In this document: piece after piece, positions 52,191 through 60,845 of the stretch
Position numbering within the stretch: the first letter of the stretch is position 1
How the letters are laid out: the number at the start of each line of letters is the position of its first letter
From: a bacterium
GTDB taxonomy: Bacteria; UBP14; UBA6098; 4484-93
Direction of reading: 5' to 3'
Length of the DNA: 64,000 nucleotides
Assembly (NCBI GenBank): GCA_021158465.1
Contig: JAGGUN010000019.1
Span: forward strand, 82,796-146,795
Notes under the pieces: model-generated
What the model was told of the DNA's origin: nothing
The model's database searches: none
What the model saw: the letters and a program-made list of their open reading frames with translations, nothing else
Translations under genes and position numbers: made by a program

Positions 52191-53123
52191 ATGAAAAGGG
52201 TTGCTCTCATACTGGCGATGGTTTTCACGGCATCGGCTCTCTACAGCGGGATCTCCGTATCGACCGAGGTAAGCAGGTCGGAGATAACTATCGGGGATAC
52301 CATCACATATGTAGTCCATATAGAGTATGATACGACACTTTCAGTCGAGCCACCTTCAGCAGCCGAGAACCTCGGGCAGTTCGAGATACGAGACTTCAAC
52401 ATAAGCGAGCCAGAAACACTCGGCAGCAAGGTCAAGCAAGAGTTCGCATACATCATCTCCACATTCGACATAGGAGAGTTCGAGATACCACCTATCGGGG
52501 TACTCTACAAAACCACTGACGACACAACCCTCAAGGCTATTATGACCCAGCCTGTCAAGATAACCGTCAACAGAATATCACCTGAAAACGCGACAGAAAT
52601 AAAGGATGTGAAAGACCCGGAAAGCTTGCCCTTCAACTACCGGAAGGTTATCATAATCTCCACCACCATCATTGTTGCTCTCCTTGTTGTTGGCTTTGTT
52701 CTCTACTACATAAAGCGGAAGAGAAAAAGGGTATCAATGCTTGGGTTCGCAGCTCCACATAGACCACCCGATGAGGTTGCACTCGAGCGTCTCCTCTCGC
52801 TCGATGAGTCAGAACTCCTTAAAAGAAAAGAATATAAGCAGTTCTTCACCCAGCTTTCGGATATACTCCGGGAGTATCTCGAAGCTCGCTTCGATGTTCC
52901 CGCCCTCGAGTCGACAACAAGCCAATTACTCCAACTTCTTGCTGACATTGATGAAATTGACAGAGATGTAATAGATAACATCACACAAATTCTGCAACTC
53001 TCTGATTTAGTTAAATTTGCAAAGTATATTCCTCTTGACGAAGAGGTTTCTGGGGTAATCGATGATGTTCGCTCGATAATCGAACAGACAAAAAGGGAAA
53101 AAGTAGTAGATGTCGCAGCTTGA
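52191..53123 (+). CDS. BatD-like single-pass membrane protein, second paralog.
   Basis: Signal peptide (MKRVALILAMVFTASALYSG). Ectodomain. TM helix (VIIISTTIIVALLVVGFVLYYI) followed by KRKRKR. The cytoplasmic helical tail shares a motif with the other BatD-like proteins. Confidence 0.45.
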   Translation: MKRVALILAMVFTASALYSGISVSTEVSRSEITIGDTITYVVHIEYDTTLSVEPPSAAENLGQFEIRDFNISEPETLGSKVKQEFAYIISTFDIGEFEIPPIGVLYKTTDDTTLKAIMTQPVKITVNRISPENATEIKDVKDPESLPFNYRKVIIISTTIIVALLVVGFVLYYIKRKRKRVSMLGFAAPHRPPDEVALERLLSLDESELLKRKEYKQFFTQLSDILREYLEARFDVPALESTTSQLLQLLADIDEIDRDVIDNITQILQLSDLVKFAKYIPLDEEVSGVIDDVRSIIEQTKREKVVDVAA

Positions 53124-54105
53124 TTTCCAGAACCCGTATATACTGTTTCTGATTCCGCTGGCGGTGCTCCTTTTTTGGCTCCTGGGGAAGCGTCGTGGAG
53201 GAGCGATCCGGTTCTCCTCGCTTAGGTTCATTAGAACCGATGGGAGGAAACCAAGTAAAAGGGTTGTCCTATATCCGCTTCTGAACATCTTAAGGTTGAT
53301 TATAATTCTTGTCATAATAGTTGCTCTTGCGAGACCCCGCTTTGGCAGGCAGGAGGAGAATGTCTACACGGAGGGGGTCGACATAATGCTCGTGTTTGAT
53401 GTCTCCTCGAGTATGAAGGCAGAGGATTTCAAGCCCAAAAATAGGATAGAGGCTGCAAAGGTTGTTGCCGAGGAGTTTATCAAAGGTAGAACGAATGACC
53501 AGATTGGGCTCGTAGTATTCGCTGCAAAGAGCTTCACGCAATGCCCGCTCACGATCGACTACGGTATAGTGATTAATTTCCTCAGGCAGACATACATCGG
53601 TATGATAGAGGATGGAACCGCAATCGGGACGGCAATCGCCACCGCAGTCAACCGCTTGCGCCACTCGAAGGCAAAGAGCAAGGTGATAGTCCTTTTGACA
53701 GACGGAGTAAACAATCGTGGAGAGATCGACCCAATAACAGCAGCTAAGCTCGCAAAGGCAATGAATATAAAAATTTATACCATCGGGATGGGCAGGAAAG
53801 GGTATGCTCTTTATCCCGTGGAGGACCCGATATTCGGTAAGAGGTATGTAAAGATGCCGGTGGAAATAGATGAGGAAACACTTAGACAGGTTGCATCCAT
53901 AACGGGTGGGCAGTATTTCCGAGCAACAGATGAAAACAAGCTCCGTGAGATTTATAAGCAGATAGACGAAATGGAAAAAACAAAGATCGAGGTTCAGAAA
54001 TTCGTTCGATACAAGGAGCTGTTCCCATACCTTGTCGGTCTGTCGGCTATCCTCCTGGTTCTACTGCTCATACTTGAGAACACATATTTGAGGAAACTGC
54101 CATAG
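53110..54105 (+). CDS. batA: BatA: aerotolerance-operon von Willebrand factor A (VWA) domain membrane protein.
   Basis: N-terminus MSQLDFQNPYILFLIPLAVLLFWLL. VWA MIDAS motif (IMLVFDVSSSM). C-terminal TM helix. Confidence 0.85.
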   Translation: MSQLDFQNPYILFLIPLAVLLFWLLGKRRGGAIRFSSLRFIRTDGRKPSKRVVLYPLLNILRLIIILVIIVALARPRFGRQEENVYTEGVDIMLVFDVSSSMKAEDFKPKNRIEAAKVVAEEFIKGRTNDQIGLVVFAAKSFTQCPLTIDYGIVINFLRQTYIGMIEDGTAIGTAIATAVNRLRHSKAKSKVIVLLTDGVNNRGEIDPITAAKLAKAMNIKIYTIGMGRKGYALYPVEDPIFGKRYVKMPVEIDEETLRQVASITGGQYFRATDENKLREIYKQIDEMEKTKIEVQKFVRYKELFPYLVGLSAILLVLLLILENTYLRKLP

Positions 54106-54117
54106 GGGAGGATAGAT

Positions 54118-55149
54118 ATGTTCAGGTTCGCGAACCAAGAGATGCTTTATCTACTTGTGCTGGTGGTGTGTTTGCCTTTTCTGTTTCACATCTTCGACAG
54201 ACATGCGAAAAGGCTCCTTGAACGGTTCGCTACTGGCAAGGCACTATCGGTTATTATCGACAGCGTTAACTGGAGGTCGAGGAGAATAAAGCGGGTCCTC
54301 TTTACTGTGGGTCTTTTCTTCCTTGTTCTCGCTCTTGCTCGCCCACAGTTCGGGACAAAGATCGAGGAGGTGAAGCGAAAGGGAATGAACCTTATCGTTG
54401 TGCTCGATGTCTCGAACTCGATGCTGGCGGAGGATGTCAAACCGAACAGACTAACCCGCTCCAAGATGGAGGTCTCAAGCATAATAGACAAGCTCAAGGG
54501 AGATAGGATCGGTATTGTTCTGTTTGCAGGCGAGGCTTTCCCTTATTGCCCTCTGACGCTTGACTATGAGGCTGCCAAGATGTTGCTTGCTGGGGCAGAC
54601 ACAAGAAGCATCTCTGCTCAGGGAACGAACATAGCAGCAGGCATCAACAAGGCAATTGAGATGTTCCCGAAACGAGAAAAGAAACATCTTGCTATCCTTG
54701 TGATAACCGACGGCGAGAATCTGGAGGGTGACCCCGAGGAGGCTGCGAAGCGCGCCGCAGAACAAGGTGTAAAGATATTCACCGTCGGGATAGGTTCACC
54801 TGCCGGTGAGCCTATACCTATCTGGAGTAAGGACGGTAAGAAGATCGGCTACAAGCGGGACGAGAACGGTAGCATCGTTACATCCAAGCTGGACGAGACG
54901 ACCCTGCAGAAGATTGCTCTCATCACCGACGGAAAGTACTATCGAGCAAGCCCAGGACAGGCTGAGCTGGACAAAATCTTCTCCGAGATAGAGAAGATAG
55001 AAACAGAAGAATTTGCATCGAAGAAGTTCACAACCTATGAGGACAGATATAGGTATCCTCTCACATTAAGCGGGCTACTTCTGCTCGCAAGTTTCCTGTT
55101 GAACGACAGAAAAAGAAGGAGAAAACAGTGGACTGGAGAGCAGTTTTAG
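54118..55149 (+). CDS. batB: BatB: VWA-domain membrane protein.
   Basis: N-terminus MFRFANQEMLYLLVLVVCLPFLF. MIDAS motif (LIVVLDVSNSM). C-terminal TM helix. Confidence 0.85.
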   Translation: MFRFANQEMLYLLVLVVCLPFLFHIFDRHAKRLLERFATGKALSVIIDSVNWRSRRIKRVLFTVGLFFLVLALARPQFGTKIEEVKRKGMNLIVVLDVSNSMLAEDVKPNRLTRSKMEVSSIIDKLKGDRIGIVLFAGEAFPYCPLTLDYEAAKMLLAGADTRSISAQGTNIAAGINKAIEMFPKREKKHLAILVITDGENLEGDPEEAAKRAAEQGVKIFTVGIGSPAGEPIPIWSKDGKKIGYKRDENGSIVTSKLDETTLQKIALITDGKYYRASPGQAELDKIFSEIEKIETEEFASKKFTTYEDRYRYPLTLSGLLLLASFLLNDRKRRRKQWTGEQF

Positions 55150-55808
55150 CGGTTGCTCTTCTTCTTTGCCCGTTTTATGCTCTTTATGCCGATTCTCCGA
55201 GAAAAACAAACGAGGATGGAATAGAACTTTACAAGCAGGAAAGGTTTGACGAAGCTCTTGAACGGTTCCGTTCAGCTCAGCTGGACAAGCCAGAAAGCCC
55301 CATACTCCACCATAATGTTGGCGTCTCACTGTATAAGATGAAAAAGTATGACAAAGCAATAGAGGAGCTCAGCAAAGCTATACCTGAGGCGAAAGACTCT
55401 TTACTTACCTCAAAGATCTACTATAATATAGGAAACTGCTATTTCAAGATGGACAGCCTTATGAACAGCATATTCTTCTATCAGCAAGCACTGAAACTGA
55501 ACCCGAATGACGAGGACGCAAAATATAACCTTGAACTTGCGCTGTCACTTCTGAAGCAGAGCTCCAAAAAGAAGCAGATACAAGGTCAGCAACAACAACA
55601 GCAACAACAGCAGCAACAACAGCAACAACAGCAACAACAGCAGCAAGGGCAAAAGGGACAGCAGGGAGAACAGGAGAAAAAAGAGGGCGAGATATCAAGG
55701 GAGGAGGCAGAGCGGATCCTTGACGCCCTGGAAGAGCAGGAAAAAGAGACGCAAAAGGAACAGGTAAGGCAACTCCCGGGGAGAGGGATACCTGGTAAGG
55801 ACTGGTAA
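55128..55808 (+). CDS. batC: BatC-like TPR protein containing a poly-glutamine tract.
   Basis: Signal or TM N-terminus. TPR repeats (YYNIGNCYFKMDSLMNSIFFYQQALKLNPNDEDAKYNL). A 24-residue Q-rich run, then an acidic coiled tail. It follows batB with a 22-nt overlap. Confidence 0.7.
   Translation: MDWRAVLAVALLLCPFYALYADSPRKTNEDGIELYKQERFDEALERFRSAQLDKPESPILHHNVGVSLYKMKKYDKAIEELSKAIPEAKDSLLTSKIYYNIGNCYFKMDSLMNSIFFYQQALKLNPNDEDAKYNLELALSLLKQSSKKKQIQGQQQQQQQQQQQQQQQQQQQQGQKGQQGEQEKKEGEISREEAERILDALEEQEKETQKEQVRQLPGRGIPGKDW
55587..55646 (+). repeat. (CAA/CAG)n simple-sequence repeat of about 60 nt encoding polyQ within batC.
   Basis: Read directly: cagcaacaacaacagcaacaacagcagcaacaacagcaacaacagcaacaacagcagcaa. 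Confidence 0.9.
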
Positions 55809-55809
55809 G

Positions 55810-57612
55810 ATGAAAAATCTCGGAATAAGGATTGCTGTTCTTTTGATGCTTCTGCCGGTATCACTCTTATCAGGGGATATAAGCTTCACTGCCTATGTAT
55901 CGCAGAAGCAGATTTCTCTCGGAGAGGCTATCCAGCTGACACTCTCCCTCCAAGGAGACCTACCATCGAGGCTACCTCAGCCTGAAATACCTGATCTGGA
56001 AAATGAGTTCTCAATTCTCGGCTCATCGTCGTCAACATCAAGCAGCATAAGTATCATCAACGGCAAAGTCACAAGCACAAAAACAAAAAACTTCATCTAC
56101 TATATCCAGCCAAAGCATGAAGGGAAATTGACCATACCATCCGCAAGAATAAATATCAAGGGGCGGACCTACAAAACAGAGCCGATAACTGTCACTGTGT
56201 CCAAAGGGGCAGCCGCTCCCAAGACAACAGGTCAGGGTGCCTCTCCACCTACACATCCCACGCCGAGGGCATCAGGCAAGGATATCTTCGTCTCCGCTTA
56301 TGCCGACAAAAAGACCGCTTATGTCGGTGAGCAGATAACCGTCTACTTCACGCTCTACACCAGGCTGTCAGTTGCAAGGCTATCTGTTGATACTGAACCG
56401 AGATTCGAGAACTGTTGGACAAAGGATATCTTCCAGGCAGAGAAGCTCAGCTACAGGACAGAGGTTGTTGACGGTATTAGATATAATGCAGCCCTACTAA
56501 GAAAGACTGCGGTTTTTCCGATAACCGATGGGACTATAACGATAACCCCGATGCAGCTTGTCGGAGAGGTATATACTCGCTCGAGGGGGTTCTTTGACTT
56601 CTTTGGAACAACCCGCAGTGTATCCATCGTCGGAAACCCGTTGAAGATTAAGGTATTGCCGTTACCAAGTGAGGGGAAACCATCCAGTTTTTCGGGTGGC
56701 GTCGGGCAGTTCTCTATATCCAGCTCGCTCGACAACCCAAATGTAAAAACAAATGAGGCTTTCACGCTTCGGGTTAGAGTAAGGGGAACGGGAAATATAC
56801 ATTCAATACCGCCACCAAAGGTCAATTTGCCACCAGACCTTGAGCTATTCGATACACAGACCAAGGATAACATAAAAATCGAGGGGAACAAACTCACAGG
56901 TAGTAAGCTATTCGAGTTTATCATAATTCCGCGTTCGGAGGGTGAGTTCGAAATTCCACCTGTTCTGTTCTCCTATTTCGACCCCAAGAGTAAAAGCTAC
57001 AGAACAATAAAGACACGCTCTCTCACGGTGATGGTAGAGAAGGGAGAGAAGATAGCGCAGGGGGAGAGGATATTCCTTCCAACAAAATCAGGTGTCAAGA
57101 CCCTCGGGAAGGATATCGAGTTTATCAAACCAGACAAGGAAAAACTGACATCCTATCCTCTTTACCCACGGTATACCGACCTGATTTTCGTTGCCGTTGC
57201 CGAGGTCGCCTTGCTCTTGCTTTCCTTTTTCATTGCCAGAAGGAGGAGACGACTCCTTGAGGATGAGGTTTATGCGAAGCTATCTCGGGCGTACTCGAGG
57301 GCAAGAAAGGGGCTGAAAAAGGCGCAGGAACTTGCCAGAAAAAGGGAAATTGATGCTGCGTACGGGCTCATCTCCGAGACCCTCGAGAAATACATATCTG
57401 AGAGATTACTCATCCCTTGGACGAATTTCAATGAGGTTGCCAGCCGTATGGAGGAACAAGGGTTCACGAGAGAGGAGACAGAGAGGCTCAGGCATATTAT
57501 AGACGGCTGCTATGCCTCCAGGTTCTCGCCAGGTGCATCGGATGAGGCAAAACTCGACCAACTCATCAAGTCCGCTAAACAACTCATAAATTGTATCGAG
57601 AAGCGAGCATGA
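55810..57612 (+). CDS. batD: BatD: 600-aa protein with signal peptide, large ectodomain, TM helix and cytoplasmic helical tail.
   Basis: Signal peptide MKNLGIRIAVLLMLLPVSLLSG. TM helix (LIFVAVAEVALLLLSFFIA) followed by RRRRR. C-terminal helical domain. Its position between batC and batE matches the Bat operon order. Confidence 0.7.
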   Translation: MKNLGIRIAVLLMLLPVSLLSGDISFTAYVSQKQISLGEAIQLTLSLQGDLPSRLPQPEIPDLENEFSILGSSSSTSSSISIINGKVTSTKTKNFIYYIQPKHEGKLTIPSARINIKGRTYKTEPITVTVSKGAAAPKTTGQGASPPTHPTPRASGKDIFVSAYADKKTAYVGEQITVYFTLYTRLSVARLSVDTEPRFENCWTKDIFQAEKLSYRTEVVDGIRYNAALLRKTAVFPITDGTITITPMQLVGEVYTRSRGFFDFFGTTRSVSIVGNPLKIKVLPLPSEGKPSSFSGGVGQFSISSSLDNPNVKTNEAFTLRVRVRGTGNIHSIPPPKVNLPPDLELFDTQTKDNIKIEGNKLTGSKLFEFIIIPRSEGEFEIPPVLFSYFDPKSKSYRTIKTRSLTVMVEKGEKIAQGERIFLPTKSGVKTLGKDIEFIKPDKEKLTSYPLYPRYTDLIFVAVAEVALLLLSFFIARRRRRLLEDEVYAKLSRAYSRARKGLKKAQELARKREIDAAYGLISETLEKYISERLLIPWTNFNEVASRMEEQGFTREETERLRHIIDGCYASRFSPGASDEAKLDQLIKSAKQLINCIEKRA

Positions 57613-58382
57613 GTATGAAGAGAGTAGTTCTGTCAGTGGTTTCCCTTTTGATAGCTGTTCCTGTATTTGGTGAATCTGCTGTTGAGAAGTACAACCACGG
57701 CAACGCCATGTATCGTCAGGGAAACTATAAAGAAGCAGTGAGGTTATACGAGGAAGCTCTTGCATCAGGGGTGCATAGTCCTGAGCTTTACTTCAATCTC
57801 GGCAACGCTTACTTCCGGTCAAAGAACCTTGGAAAGGCAATTCTCAGCTATCGCCGGGGGCTAGTATTCTCACCCAGAGACAAGGAGCTCCGCTACAATC
57901 TTCAGTTCGCCACCGCTTACACAAAGGACAAGATACCATCCATATATGAAGGATTCTTGGGCAGGATGTATCGTAAGATAATAGAGTTTGCCAGCTTTGC
58001 CGAGCTGTTCAAGCTTCTCATACTGGTGTCTGTCATTCTGACCGTCAGCGCCATCCTGTATATCTTCCGTCGCAAGGGGATAGCCCCTGTGATTTGCTTC
58101 GGGATAATTTTCCTTCTGGTTGCTGCTGTTTTCCTCCTCAAGATGTCAGACAAATGGGAGACACAGGCTGCCGTCGTCCTCAGCCCAAAGCTCGATTGTT
58201 TCTCCGCTCCGACCACAACCTCTGAAATACTATTCACAATCCATGAGGGAACAACTGTTGCACTGGAGGAGTCACGAGGAGACTGGTTCAAAATTTCGCT
58301 CACCGACAATCGTGTAGCCTGGGTCCCACAGGATTCAGTTGAAGCAGTAATACCCAAGAACAGCCAGTTTTCAACTCCCTGA
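57609..58382 (+). CDS. batE: BatE-like protein: TPR repeats, TM helices and a C-terminal bacterial SH3 domain.
   Basis: TPR repeats (YNHGNAMYRQGNYKEAVRLYEEAL, YFNLGNAYFRSKNLGKAILSYRRGL). Two TM helices. SH3b-like C-terminus (AAVVLSPKLDCFSAPTTTSEILFTIHEGTTVALEESRGDWFKISLTDNRVAWVP). Confidence 0.7.
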   Translation: MSMKRVVLSVVSLLIAVPVFGESAVEKYNHGNAMYRQGNYKEAVRLYEEALASGVHSPELYFNLGNAYFRSKNLGKAILSYRRGLVFSPRDKELRYNLQFATAYTKDKIPSIYEGFLGRMYRKIIEFASFAELFKLLILVSVILTVSAILYIFRRKGIAPVICFGIIFLLVAAVFLLKMSDKWETQAAVVLSPKLDCFSAPTTTSEILFTIHEGTTVALEESRGDWFKISLTDNRVAWVPQDSVEAVIPKNSQFSTP

Positions 58383-58450
58383 AAGGTTAACCACGCACGC
58401 AGGGGAGAGGAAAGCTTTTCAAGCTGCGAAGTAATTTAACATAATATATC

Positions 58451-59686
58451 TTATCGGACATTAAACAGCCGGAACGCCTCACCAACTGTATAGTGAGAGC
58501 CTGTCACAAGAAGCCTTTCAAAGCGTGAGACTGCATAACTTAAAGCAGACGATACATCCTCGATAACGAGGCTTTCCTTTCGTGGAATTGATGAGAGAAC
58601 CTGTGGCTTAACGGCTCGTGGCGTGTTTGGGCGAACGAAGATAAAGCGGTCTGCTACCGGCTCAAGACGGCGAATCACCCCTCTATGATCTTTATCTCGC
58701 ATCATCCCGAGAACTATTGTCATCGGTTTTCCAACAAGTGTCCAAAGGTTACGGGCGAGGTTGGCGGCACTTGCTGGATTGTGAGCAACATCGAGAATAA
58801 CGAGCGGAGAGCTTGATATAACCTGAAAGCGCCCTGGCCAGTCAGTTTTTCTTATCCCCTCGAGAAAATCTGCATCGGAGATTGAATATCCATATTTATC
58901 GAGAACCTGTTTTGATAGGAGGCAAATCTTCAACAGATTTCTTATATGAAATCCAGTAAGTTGGGTATCCACAGTCAGATTTGCTATTTGGTGCTTGCTG
59001 CCGCTTAGATTCATTGAAATAGTCTTTGAGCGTAACTTACCAGCATTCAGGGCAATTACATTGTTTTTATGGAAGAAATCCTCGAACGATTTTATCAACT
59101 TCCCGCTAACTCCGGAAATTATCAGTTCTTTTCCGTGTCTTACAATGCCAAGTTTGTCATCAAGTATTTGTTTAAGTGTTCTTCCCAATCTTTCGGTATG
59201 GTCGAGTGATACACCAGTTATCACGGAGAACAAGGGTTCAACGACATTGGTAGCATCGTATCTTCCGCCCAGACCAACCTCCAAGATTGCAATATCTATC
59301 TTTTCGTTTGCAAACCAGTTGAGTGCGAGCCCTGTGGATGTCTCGAAGAAGCTCATCTTCTCGGTTTCAATGAACTTCTGATTCTCTTTAAGGAAATTCG
59401 CTATGTATTTGTTGTCTATGAAGTTATCCCTTCCGGTTCTTATTCTCTCGTTGAAGCGAACGAGATGTGGCGATGTAAACAGACCGACCTTATATCCTGC
59501 TTCCTGAAGGATTGATGTCAAGAAGGCGGCGGTTGTACCCTTTCCGTTTGTGCCGCCGACAAGAACGGTCGCAAACTGTTTTTGTGGATTCCCAAGGTAA
59601 GTGAGGAATCTTCTTGTCCGCTCCAGTCCTGGTTTTATCCCGAACTTGTGTAGTGAGAAGAGGAAATCAATATACCTGTTCACCAT
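58451..59686 (-). CDS. folC: Bifunctional folylpolyglutamate synthase/dihydrofolate synthase.
   Basis: Mur-ligase ATP-binding motif LVGGTNGKGTTAAFLTSIL. N-terminus typical of FolC (FGIKPGLERTRRFLTYLGNPQ). Length about 410 aa. Confidence 0.85.
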   Translation of the reverse strand: MVNRYIDFLFSLHKFGIKPGLERTRRFLTYLGNPQKQFATVLVGGTNGKGTTAAFLTSILQEAGYKVGLFTSPHLVRFNERIRTGRDNFIDNKYIANFLKENQKFIETEKMSFFETSTGLALNWFANEKIDIAILEVGLGGRYDATNVVEPLFSVITGVSLDHTERLGRTLKQILDDKLGIVRHGKELIISGVSGKLIKSFEDFFHKNNVIALNAGKLRSKTISMNLSGSKHQIANLTVDTQLTGFHIRNLLKICLLSKQVLDKYGYSISDADFLEGIRKTDWPGRFQVISSSPLVILDVAHNPASAANLARNLWTLVGKPMTIVLGMMRDKDHRGVIRRLEPVADRFIFVRPNTPRAVKPQVLSSIPRKESLVIEDVSSALSYAVSRFERLLVTGSHYTVGEAFRLFNVR

Positions 59687-60198
59687 TTTCTACGGCGGCT
59701 CGAACAGTTCTCTGTCGGGTTCCAGAGTCCCCTGCCGTTCTCTTCTGCCTCACCTTCAGCCGAGCGAAGGAGTTCCTCATAGTCAGGGCGAATGGGGTAT
59801 TCGTCATACACCATGCTCCACCCGGCACGGACTATCTCCACATTCAGGCAGGTGGAATCAGGGAGGATATGAACGAAGGCAAGTGTTCTACCGTAGCGGT
59901 CGAGGGAATCACCAACAGAAGTATTGTAGACAAGGTAGCAATCCTTTCCACCTGCAAGCGAGTCAACGAATGCAGTTGCTTCTGGTGCGCAGAGTTCGGG
60001 TTGCCCGGACGGATAGTTCATCTCAGGCGTATTGACGCCGACAAGACGGATGTACTCATCGCCGTCAAGCACAACGGTGTCACCATCCACAACCCGTTTC
60101 ACATGTCTAACGATCCTGCTGTCAGGGATAACAGGGGGGATATTCCTTTCACAACTGAGCACAGCAAGGATAACGGCAAAAAGCACTAACCGCTTCAT
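59680..60198 (-). CDS. Secreted thermonuclease (staphylococcal nuclease/SNase-like) lipoprotein.
   Basis: Signal and lipobox MKRLVLFAVILAVLSC. SNase motifs (VKRVVDGDTVVLDGDEYIRLVGVNTPE, RTLAFVHI). Confidence 0.8.
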   Translation of the reverse strand: MKRLVLFAVILAVLSCERNIPPVIPDSRIVRHVKRVVDGDTVVLDGDEYIRLVGVNTPEMNYPSGQPELCAPEATAFVDSLAGGKDCYLVYNTSVGDSLDRYGRTLAFVHILPDSTCLNVEIVRAGWSMVYDEYPIRPDYEELLRSAEGEAEENGRGLWNPTENCSSRRRKW

Positions 60199-60845
60199 TT
60201 CGCCTCCGATTTCCTGAAGTAAAACGGCTCGAGAGCCACCAAATCATCCCCTCCCTGCCTGGAAAATTTCTCCATCCCGAGCTTCGCAACAACAATAGGG
60301 TCGGGAATGTTATCTTTGGCAATGTTCGATGGGAACTCTGTGTGAAGGAGATGCGCATCGTAACCTGTAATTACAAAAGCTTCGCGGCTGAATCTTGAAA
60401 TCTCACTGACCAACTCCTCAAATCCGTACAACCTTTTGGGGAACAGCTCCTCTCTTGTCCCGTATTTATACCCGGCGGCGAAAAGCTCACTCTTCTTTGC
60501 GTCGATAACAGGAACAACAAGCTTTGCTTTTCCCCTATGCGGATAGCAATAGACCTCAAATGTATCGACGGAGACAACTGGGGTAGTAAGTGCAAAGGAG
60601 AGTGCCTTGGCAAATGTGACTCCGACCCTCAATCCTGTGAACGAGCCTGGTCCACGGGAAACAGCGATGAGTTTGATGTCACTCTTTTTGATACCTGTGT
60701 GTGCAAGAAGCTCATCGACGATCGCCGGCAGGAGCGTGGAATGCTGTTCAGTGCCTCTTGGGGCTATAGAGTGTCGGATAGATTTCCCGTCATAAAGGGC
60801 AACTCCGGTAACCTGTGTGGATGTCTCTATACCAAGTGTTATCAT
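60195..60845 (-). CDS. tsaB: tRNA threonylcarbamoyladenosine biosynthesis protein TsaB (YeaZ).
   Basis: N-terminus MITLGIETSTQVTGVALYDGK and overall length about 215 aa. The start is set at the internal ATG 60845 rather than the ORF track's upstream extension. Confidence 0.8.
   Translation of the reverse strand: MITLGIETSTQVTGVALYDGKSIRHSIAPRGTEQHSTLLPAIVDELLAHTGIKKSDIKLIAVSRGPGSFTGLRVGVTFAKALSFALTTPVVSVDTFEVYCYPHRGKAKLVVPVIDAKKSELFAAGYKYGTREELFPKRLYGFEELVSEISRFSREAFVITGYDAHLLHTEFPSNIAKDNIPDPIVVAKLGMEKFSRQGGDDLVALEPFYFRKSEAK

Noticed and set aside
55586-55864. 92-aa minus-strand ORF with a poly-Cys run
   Set aside because: It is the antisense reading of the batC CAA/CAG polyQ repeat.
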